DNA of 6,380 nt, taken from sequence record Ga0181601_10013820. One strand, given 5' to 3'. Both the position numbers and the translations under genes were made by a program. Positions 1-6,231 of the stretch are shown here, one piece after another; the stretch's first letter is position 1; each line of letters opens with the position of its first letter. This DNA is from a metagenome. The notes beneath the pieces were generated by a model that saw nothing but the letters and a program-made list of their open reading frames with translations, searched no databases and had not been told where the DNA came from.

Positions 1-1266
1 AACGGGCAACGCGAAATCGTCGACGTCCTGCTCAACGCGTTGAGTGGCACTTCGACGCATTTAATCAGTCTTACTTCCCTCATAGCCTGCGGAGACGGAG
101 ACGCACATCATGGCGTCGGACCGGCGCTGCTCGAACCTCTCAGACAGGCGACCCGAACGAGGACGACGCTCATCATGCCGGATTTAGAATTGTGGGCCCT
201 GGCGCAAACCGCCGAGCCAGATGGAGAAACCTTGGGCGTCACCACCAGCGCCCTGTGGGACCTCGTGCAGAGCACGGTTTCGGATTGTTACCCCGCGTCC
301 TCCTCGGGAGAAGGTGGGCTCTACGTCATCGCGTCCGTCAATCTACCGAGCGAGGCGATTCCGGATGCAGTCAAGCACTTTTTTGCGTGCGATGGAGCGC
401 TCGTGGACGTCGACCCCAGTCTGGACGCCGAAGCCGTCGAACGAACGATGCGTCGCGCGGCTGAGCACATCGCCGACGTCGACGTACCCGCGGTGTTCGC
501 CGATTCGCGCTCGCACGTCGCGGCGAGGTTTGTCGCGAGCGAGAAGATGCCTGAAAAACCGCCTGCGGATGACGAACAATCTCACGAGGCGGCGTGCGAG
601 GCGCTTCGAATCCGAGTTCGACGATCTCGGGCGGTCGTTCGCGCGGCGATCGCCAAGTGCACGCGCGAACTACTCAAGACGCGCAAATACGATCGTTTCT
701 TTGACAATTGCGCACAAGCGTCACGATTGATTGATCTCGCGCTCGACCGCAAGATTGGCGATCCAAATCGATTCGTCAGAGATTTGAGAGCGTGCGCCAA
801 GGCTATGAAGCCGCGCAAAAACACAGCGACGACGCTTCATAAACCGCTCGTATCTCTTGGATTCAACGCCGTGGACACGCTCGAGAGCTGGTTCCACCTC
901 GGCGTGCGGGAACTCTACGAAGAGTACGCGGCGAGAGACGAGGAGTACGACGCCGCGCTCGTCGAATCATCAAAGGCGACGAACAATTACAATCTCCCAG
1001 GCGTCGTCGCGCGAAATCCCGAACAACCGGAAAAACAAGAGGCTGACGATGACAACGACGACGACGGTGAAGAAACGGCTAAGAAACGGCCGCCGCTTCC
1101 GACGCGTCGACCGAGAGACGACATCATCGCGGACGCGTACTCCGCGCTCTCCACGAACCTCGCGTCGAAAACCGCCAAATCCGTCGAAGACATTCGTAGA
1201 GTCATCGACGCCGCGCGTCTGCGAATACGCGACGACGAGCGTCGCCGAGTCATCTCCGCCGTCTGA
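1..1266 (+). CDS. 3'-terminal part of a larger gene (5' end lies upstream of the window); product uncertain, possibly the C-terminal region of an ATAD2/Yta7-like AAA+ protein
   Basis: Frame 1 is open from base 1 (aac ggg caa cgc ...), so the track's start at 40 is only a TTG. Stop TGA at 1264-1266. G/C-ending codons match the other genes. From memory, segments such as TLIMPDLELWA, LYVIASVNLPSEAIPDAVKHFF and EALRIRVRRSRAVVRAAIAKCTRELLKTRKYDRFF follow the order of the post-AAA region of ATAD2/Yta7. This was not computed. Confidence 0.7.
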   Translation, partial: NGQREIVDVLLNALSGTSTHLISLTSLIACGDGDAHHGVGPALLEPLRQATRTRTTLIMPDLELWALAQTAEPDGETLGVTTSALWDLVQSTVSDCYPASSSGEGGLYVIASVNLPSEAIPDAVKHFFACDGALVDVDPSLDAEAVERTMRRAAEHIADVDVPAVFADSRSHVAARFVASEKMPEKPPADDEQSHEAACEALRIRVRRSRAVVRAAIAKCTRELLKTRKYDRFFDNCAQASRLIDLALDRKIGDPNRFVRDLRACAKAMKPRKNTATTLHKPLVSLGFNAVDTLESWFHLGVRELYEEYAARDEEYDAALVESSKATNNYNLPGVVARNPEQPEKQEADDDNDDDGEETAKKRPPLPTRRPRDDIIADAYSALSTNLASKTAKSVEDIRRVIDAARLRIRDDERRRVISAV

Positions 1267-1311
1267 TACCGCGCGCGTGAACACGCATCGATTATTCATC
1301 ACGCAATTTAA

Positions 1312-1316
1312 TGTAA
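1312..1316 (+). promoter_or_regulatory. candidate TGTAA (UGUAA) poly(A) signal for the 1..1266 gene
   Basis: TGTAA lies about 45 nt after the stop codon. UGUAA is the established poly(A) signal in Chlamydomonas-type green algae. Applying it here is inference. Confidence 0.35.
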
Positions 1317-1353
1317 TCTAAACCGCCCGGCGACGCGCGCGCGACATCCCGGG

Positions 1354-1410
1354 TCGCGAAAGAAATCATCAACTCTCCGACAGAAGAGTCACTTTTTCCA
1401 ACTTTCGCGA
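1354..1410. repeat. 9-bp inverted repeat TCGCGAAAG (1354-1362) / CTTTCGCGA (1402-1410) in the VPS20 upstream region
   Basis: The two 9-mers are exact reverse complements, 39 nt apart, 72-128 nt upstream of ATG 1482. TTTCGCGA is one base off the E2F-type TTTSSCGC consensus. Confidence 0.4.
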
Positions 1411-1481
1411 GACAGTTGCAAAAAGAGCATCCATCGATTCAGAATCAGAATCAATCTCTTCAGACCCCGACTCGACTCGAC

Positions 1482-2150
1482 ATGGGCGCCGCCCTCACCG
1501 CGTGTCTCGCCTCGTCCTCGTCCGCGTCGTCGTCTTCGGCCGCCGATCGCGCACCGCCGTCGCTTCGCGTCAACGACGTCGACCGAGCCGTGCTCGAGCT
1601 CAAACAAACTCGAGAGCGAATGACCTCCACCATCGCGCGCGTCGACGTCGAAATCGCGCGCGACGTCGCCGACTTGGCGCTCGCTCGCGAAATGCGCGAT
1701 GTGACGTCGTGCAAGCGCGCGCTCGCGGGAAAACGCGCGCGACAGGCGCTGAGAACGAAGCTCGCGGGATTCGCGTCGGCGTGCGAGACGTCTCTGCGAG
1801 AGATTGACGCCGCGCAGGCGACCAAGTCGACGCTCGACGCGTTGAGGTGTGGAAACGCGGCGTTGAAGGAAATTCAAACCGCGTGTGGAGACGTCGAGGC
1901 GTTGGCGGCGGATGCGGGGAGGATTAAGCGGTGGTTTGAGGTTTTGGGCGAGGCGTCGCCGGTGACGGATGAAGACGTCGACCAGGAATACGCCGCGTTG
2001 GTCGCCGCGGAAGAGGAGTCTGCCGTGGTCGAGCTCCCGGACGCACCGAAGGGGTTAAGCGTTGCGTTGGAGGAAGAAGTAGTGGAAGAGCACGCCGACT
2101 TGGGGGCGGAGGCGCAGAAAATGAAAGTCGTCGTCACAGAGCCGGCGTAA
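1482..2150 (+). CDS. VPS20: ESCRT-III subunit VPS20/CHMP6 (Snf7 family), N-myristoylation-type start MGAALT
   Basis: First in-frame ATG is at 1482 (the track start 1416 is TTG), in context G at -3 and G at +4. Stop TAA at 2148-2150. The remembered human CHMP6 aligns block by block: VTEQDKAILQLKQQRDKL with VNDVDRAVLELKQTRERM, GNECLNKMH with GNAALKEIQ, EDEDAILEELSAI with TDEDVDQEYAALV, ELPEVPSEP with ELPDAPKG. MG-x3-T fits the N-myristoylation consensus typical of Vps20. Confidence 0.85.
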   Translation: MGAALTACLASSSSASSSSAADRAPPSLRVNDVDRAVLELKQTRERMTSTIARVDVEIARDVADLALAREMRDVTSCKRALAGKRARQALRTKLAGFASACETSLREIDAAQATKSTLDALRCGNAALKEIQTACGDVEALAADAGRIKRWFEVLGEASPVTDEDVDQEYAALVAAEEESAVVELPDAPKGLSVALEEEVVEEHADLGAEAQKMKVVVTEPA

Positions 2151-2177
2151 AGAACCGCTGTAAGAAGCGCGGGTTCT
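2151..2177 (+). terminator. imperfect hairpin directly after the VPS20 stop, with TGTAA (2159-2163) in the loop; candidate 3'-end signal
   Basis: agaacc (2151-2156) pairs with ggttct (2172-2177). g2157/c2158 pair with c2170/g2169 if g2171 is bulged. The loop begins tgtaa. Function is inferred. Confidence 0.3.
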
Positions 2178-2214
2178 TCACACGCCGACGCGGTCTGGTT
2201 TCGGGCGACGAAAC

Positions 2215-3426
2215 ATGCGTGCGACGACGACGACGACGATGATGTCGCGTGTCGTGTCGACGTCCTCGGCGAGGTACGTCGACGCGCGCGCGCTTCGGCG
2301 TCGACGTGAAGGGCGTCTTCGAGCGTCGAGGGCTCGGGCGAGGTCCTTCTTCGGTCGAAACGACGCCGAGCAGTGGCTGGCGCCGCGCGACGATTCCGAT
2401 TCGTCGGACGAGACGGGCGAAAAGAAATCGTCGTCGTCGTCGTCGGTCGACGATGCGTTGCGCGCGTTGGCGGCGCAGAGGCGCGGGTTGACGCTCTTTG
2501 AGGCGGAGATGCGAAAAGATGAAGAAGAGATAGACTTGCTCGCCGCGGCGTGCTACGTAGCCATGCATAAAAACCCCAGCCTGAATGTCGAAGAGGTTCG
2601 GAAAACGATTGAGGATATGGCACGAGCGATCGAGGAGCGCGTCTCGCGCGAGCTCGGGGACGGCGAACGGTTCCCTCTGAGGACAATCAAGACGATTTCT
2701 CGGTGCTTTGCGGATGAGCTCGGGTTTCGTGGCAACTCTGACGATTACTACGACCCCGATAACTCGTGCGTGGACGTCGTGCTGCGGCGAAAAGTTGGAA
2801 TTCCTATCACGCTTTGTCTCATTTACATGGAGATAGCGGAGCGCGTGCGCGTGGACGGCGTGCGAGGGTGGGTGGATGTCGGGATTCCGGGCCATCTGCT
2901 GTGTCGACCCGTGGCGGGGGAAGACGTCGCGATTCTCGTCGATCCCTTTAATCGCGGTGACGTCTTGTTCATCGAAGAGGTAGAGGACATATTGTCAAAA
3001 AATTCGTCGGGATTCCTGGGTGGGGGCACCACCAAGGTGCAGATTGAGCGAAGCTTTTTTGAACAAACCGAGGTGAGGAAAAAGGCATTTCTGACGAGAA
3101 TGCTGGGTAATCTCAAGTCGATTTACTTTAGTCTCGAAGAGTACGACACGGCGCTGCAAATCACAGAGTACATGACGCTGTGTAATCCGTACGATTCGCT
3201 CAGGGCACCGCTCGCGCGAACCATGGGTTTACTTTACTTTAAGACGGAGCGTTGGATGGACGCGCTTGACGCGCTCAACAAGTACGCCGCGATGCCAGAC
3301 GCCGAATTGGACGACGAGTTTTACGCATACTTGGAGCAAATATCCCGCGTCTTGACTCTCGAAAGGGACGTCGTTCTTGATGATGATGAAGATGATGATG
3401 ATGAGGATGAAGAAGAGGAGGCTTAG
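2215..3426 (+). CDS. SirB1/YchA-like protein: transglutaminase-like fold (Transglut_core2-type) followed by a TPR-like C-terminal region, with an R/S/T-rich N-terminal extension and an acidic tail
   Basis: ATG at 2215 (A at -3), stop TAG at 3424-3426. The core DYYDPDNSCVDVVLRRKVGIPITLCLIYMEIAERV...GIPGHLLCR...LVDPFNRG matches the remembered SirB1/YchA signature (YYDP.NS.L..VL..R.GIPI.L...Y..V..R.....V..PGHF......DPF.G). The C-terminal LEEYDTALQITEYMTLCNPYD...GLLYF is TPR-like, as in that family. Confidence 0.8.
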   Translation: MRATTTTTMMSRVVSTSSARYVDARALRRRREGRLRASRARARSFFGRNDAEQWLAPRDDSDSSDETGEKKSSSSSSVDDALRALAAQRRGLTLFEAEMRKDEEEIDLLAAACYVAMHKNPSLNVEEVRKTIEDMARAIEERVSRELGDGERFPLRTIKTISRCFADELGFRGNSDDYYDPDNSCVDVVLRRKVGIPITLCLIYMEIAERVRVDGVRGWVDVGIPGHLLCRPVAGEDVAILVDPFNRGDVLFIEEVEDILSKNSSGFLGGGTTKVQIERSFFEQTEVRKKAFLTRMLGNLKSIYFSLEEYDTALQITEYMTLCNPYDSLRAPLARTMGLLYFKTERWMDALDALNKYAAMPDAELDDEFYAYLEQISRVLTLERDVVLDDDEDDDDEDEEEEA

Positions 3427-3436
3427 AGAATTTTAT

Positions 3437-3454
3437 TAGTTTTTAGTTTTTAGG
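3437..3454 (+). repeat. short tandem TAGTTTT x2.5 in the 60-nt gap between convergent stop codons
   Basis: tagtttt (3437-3443), tagtttt (3444-3450), tagg (3451-3454), read directly. Confidence 0.6.
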
Positions 3455-3486
3455 TAGCACTACAAATCATTTCGTCATCGTCTCTC

Positions 3487-4149
3487 TCAACACTGCCTCG
3501 CCCGTCGCGCGTTGAGCTTTTTATTCTTCTTCTTCTTCTTCCTCGCCGCGGTTCCTATCCGCACCACCGCGTCCTCTCCTCCTCGGGCGTCTTTCCCGGC
3601 GGCGCGCTTTTTCCCTCGTCGTCCATCCTCCTCTTCTCCTCCATCGAACGTCAACTTCCCAATAACCCCACCGCTCGTCGACGCCACGACGTGTTCACCC
3701 TCTTCCCCAGCTACCATCCCAGCCCCTTGCGCCCGCGCCGCCGCTTTATACGCCCCGACATCCAACGTCGCGCGCGGCTTTATCCTCGGTTCCGGTTCCG
3801 GCGACTCCCCGCGAATCGTCATCACCCGCTCCAATTCCGTCCTTCGGTCCAACGTTTGCCCGTTCACCGCCGTCGCCTTTTCCATCTCCTCAAGTTCTGC
3901 CATCTTCGACGCGATGTACGCCTCCTTGGCGACGAACGCTTCGGTGCGCGCGCGTTTCTTCACAGCCGCCACGCGCGCGTTGTGGTGGTACTTGCGCGTC
4001 AATCCCTTTGTTCGCGTTCCTTTCGGGCACGGCATGATCCGATGCGGTTCGGTTCGGTCGTTTCGGTCAGAGCCGACAGTGAGAACGACGAGATGCCGAT
4101 GCGAGGCGTGCGTCGGTGAGCGCGTCGGCGTCTGACGCGCTCCGCGCAT
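3487..4149 (-). CDS. hypothetical Lys/Arg-rich protein with a central coiled-coil-like segment and a C-terminal KKKKKNKK tract (nuclear or nucleolar localisation guessed); start uncertain
   Basis: Minus-strand ORF with stop TGA (plus tca 3487-3489) and strongly G/C-ending codons. The track start 4227 is TTG. In-frame ATGs lie at 4149 (first, weak context) and 4035 (A at -3, giving MPCPKGTRTKGL...). Hand-counted codon-position GC for 4036-4149 is ambiguous, so the true start could be 4035. The plus-strand ORF 3512..4135 is its shadow. Confidence 0.65.
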   Translation of the reverse strand: MRGARQTPTRSPTHASHRHLVVLTVGSDRNDRTEPHRIMPCPKGTRTKGLTRKYHHNARVAAVKKRARTEAFVAKEAYIASKMAELEEMEKATAVNGQTLDRRTELERVMTIRGESPEPEPRIKPRATLDVGAYKAAARAQGAGMVAGEEGEHVVASTSGGVIGKLTFDGGEEEDGRRGKKRAAGKDARGGEDAVVRIGTAARKKKKKNKKLNARRARQC

Positions 4150-4264
4150 CCGTGAATTATGAAGTTGCGACGAGAGTCCTAAAGTGTATGGACAAACAGT
4201 TACATATATTTGGTCTACAAACGCCAAAACGCGACGCCTCAGTCAGAGTCACTGCGATCGATCG

Positions 4265-4401
<137 letters not shown>

Positions 4402-4405
<4 letters not shown>

Positions 4406-5751
4406 GTGAAAGAATGAATGGATTTCAACCAACGAACACGAACACGGATCGACTGACGCACGCGACACTACCGTTCGACCGACGCAGGCGGGATAAACTC
4501 GAGCAACACTCGTTGTGGCTCGAAAGGGAAAGCTCTGTAGACGACGTCGTCGGGAGTGGTGAGCGAACGCCGACGACGCCTTCGGGGAGTTCCATCGCGC
4601 GTTCGAGCTCGGTTTCGGTTTCAACGCGGCACCCGACGAGCGCGGCGCGACCGACGCGCGCATCGTTGGCGAGGGAAAAACTCGTAGAGGAGACGACGCG
4701 CGCGTCTGGGGCGTCGAGAGCGGCGGCGACGCCGTTAGTGTTGAGCGGGGAGGCGTTGCGTCGGGCGACGGAGCGGTTGCACGCCGGGGCTGGTTCGAGG
4801 AGTCCGAGGAGGAGCGCATACGTAGACGAGGAGTGCACATTCACGCCGAAGATTGGTGCGTTGAGTCGACGCATGGCGGCGGAACAGCGTCGACGGGGGG
4901 AGAGCGCGCGCGCCACCGCTACCAAGAAGACGCCGACGCTGACGCCGACGCCAAAGGAACCAGTCGATTTGGGCACCAGAAGCGCCGAGGCGCAAAAACA
5001 AAACGCCGCCGAAACGCCGCCATCGATGCCGAAACGGGTCGTCGCCGAGAAGAAGAAGAAGGAAAACCGGCAGACGAAGGATGATGACGAGGATGCGAAG
5101 GAGTGCACGTTTACGCCACGCATCGGTAGACGATCGAGGGCGCTCTCAGAGGCGCTCTTGAAGAAGGCTTCGATGCCTACGTCGTTTGTCGAGCGTTCAA
5201 AGATTTGGGCAGACCGAAAGGAACACATCTTGGAGGCGGAGCGCGAGGCAAAGCTCGAGGATGAGGTGCGCGACTGCACGTTTCACCCCCAGCAGGTTAC
5301 GGCGGCGGCGACTCGAGTCGCCGAAGACGAGCCGAACTCGGTGGCGACTCCGCCGTCGGTGGAAATTTCTGGATTGGACGCCTACCTCGCCCGCCAGGAG
5401 CGCGCGCGACGCCTACGAGAAGAAAAGAATGCAATTCTAAACCGTTTCGACGGCGCGTCGTGGACGCCCGAACCCACGGTTCCGAAAGAGTTTGAATTTC
5501 ACTCGGTCGGCGCCTCGAAGAAGACTTGTTCGTCGTCAAAGTCGCCCGAATCTTTGTCGCCCGCGCCCGGACAAGGCGTCTCCGCGTGGCGGTCTCCAGC
5601 CTACGTGGAGGCTCGAGCTAAGCTTCGATTACTACACGGATCGACAACTTCACGGGCGGCGCGCCGAGCGGCTGCTTCCGCCGCCGGCGCGGCTGCTTCC
5701 GCCGCTCGCCCGGCTGGCGTCGAAGGCGCGTCGGCGCAACCGTCGGCGTAG
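4402..5751 (+). CDS. hypothetical low-complexity, basic and coiled-coil-rich protein with three [E/D]CTFxP motifs and a TVPKEFEFH motif; possibly a TPX2-like microtubule-associated protein (tentative)
   Basis: The long frame-1 ORF has no ATG between the track's TTG at 4210 and 4402. Stop TAG at 5749-5751. Motifs: ECTFTPKIG 4831-4857, ECTFTPRIG 5101-5127, DCTFHPQQ 5272-5295, and PTVPKEFEFHS near 5477-5510. A second ATG at 4414 has a better context (A at -3). Confidence 0.75.
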
Positions 5752-5835
5752 AGCGGCTCCGAACGTCCCCGACGTCGTGCAGCGATACGTAGGCATCGAT
5801 GCGGTACCGCACCGTCGCGAGATTAAAACAAGTAT

Positions 5836-5840
5836 TTGTA
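5836..5840 (+). promoter_or_regulatory. candidate TGTAA poly(A) signal for the 4402..5751 gene
   Basis: TGTAA lies about 85 nt after the stop, where the sequence turns AT-richer. Confidence 0.35.
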
Positions 5841-6054
5841 ACACCAGAGACGGATGTATGATCTCACCTACGCGTTCGTCGTTCGCGTCGTTCATGTCGA
5901 TCGATCGTCCCCAGCAGTGTTCGCGTGACGAGCGAGCGAGGCGGTGCGACGAACCGTCGCGTTTTTGTAGTTCTCGGGAGGACTGGAAAAATTTAGTTCG
6001 GACAAACGATGCATTCAAAGTTGTACATACTTTATTTTCTAAATCCATAGTACT

Positions 6055-6087
6055 TAATACTATCTATATATAAATATGATAGTATTA
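6055..6087. repeat. 10-bp perfect inverted repeat taatactatc / gatagtatta around a 13-nt TATA-like spacer (tatatataaatat)
   Basis: 6055-6064 is the exact reverse complement of 6078-6087. The arms extend imperfectly to about 6049 and 6092. Confidence 0.6.
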
Positions 6088-6128
6088 GAACTCGGACAGT
6101 TGAACCGTATTATAAATTATTCCGCCGT

Positions 6129-6231
6129 AAATCCAGGGGGATGCCGGAACTAAACATTTTCTATAAAAGTCGGACATTTGACACATACTTAAGGAGAGAT
6201 AATGCTATATAAAAAATCCAGGGGGATGCCG
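6129..6231. repeat. exact 18-bp direct repeat aaatccagggggatgccg (6129-6146 and 6214-6231); the second copy is the 3' end of the tRNA gene plus its trailer
   Basis: Checked base by base. Flanking bases differ on both sides (t/a before, g/c after). On the minus strand the repeat reads CGGCATCCCCC-TGGATTT, which is tRNA positions 63-73 plus 7 nt of trailer. Confidence 0.9.
6211..6216 (-). terminator. Pol III terminator, T6 run on the minus strand
   Basis: The tRNA discriminator base at 6221 is followed on the minus strand by TGGA and then TTTTTT (plus aaaaaa 6211-6216). Confidence 0.7.

Noticed and set aside
1874-2895. Long minus-strand ORFs 1874..2686 (270 aa) and 2134..2895 (253 aa), antisense to VPS20 and the SirB1-like gene
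   Set aside because: Their products are R/S/T/P-rich low-complexity strings with no recognisable motifs. They lie fully antisense to two ORFs with clear family signatures. High GC and the GAC/GTC/CGA/TCG triplet bias suppress stop codons on the opposite strand, so these are shadow ORFs.
4044-4066. Short tandem cggtt/cggtc repeats (gcggttcggttcggtcgtttcggtc) in the divergent promoter or 5' region
   Set aside because: Only about 3-4 imperfect 5-nt units. This is compatible with slippage noise, and it may lie within the N-terminal coding extension of the minus-strand gene. There is no basis to assign a function.
3512-4135. Plus-strand ORF of 207 aa (and 3691..4119) opposite the Lys/Arg-rich gene
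   Set aside because: It begins by translating the antisense of the (AAG)n Lys tract as poly-Phe and continues as a Ser/Pro/Ala string. The minus-strand frame has G/C-ending codons and a sensible coiled-coil-like sequence, so the plus ORF is the shadow.
40-4227. ORF-track start codons at 40, 1416, 4210 (all TTG), 4184 (GTG) and 4227 (TTG on the minus strand)
   Set aside because: These are non-ATG codons chosen by the ORF finder. In a eukaryotic nuclear context I used the first in-frame ATG (1482, 4402, 4149), and I treated the first gene as 5'-truncated because its frame is open from base 1.
6041-6047. Third partial copy 'aaatcca' of the 18-mer
   Set aside because: Only 7 nt match, in an AT-rich background, which is well within chance expectation.
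5492-6073. ORFs 5492..6073 (+, 193 aa) and 5650..6048 (-, 132 aa, true ATG at 6046-6048) in the apparently gene-free stretch after the 4402 gene
   Set aside because: I counted codon-position GC by hand in three 60-nt blocks. Blocks 5761-5820 and 5881-5940 show weak periodicity, but block 5821-5880 has only 4/20 G+C at the shared third position, which is inconsistent with coding across the region. Both ORFs overlap the real 3' coding end, neither product is recognisable, and the ATG at 6048 sits only about 20 nt from the TATA-like block. The region is most likely 3' UTR or spacer. RNA-seq or ribosome profiling could overturn this.
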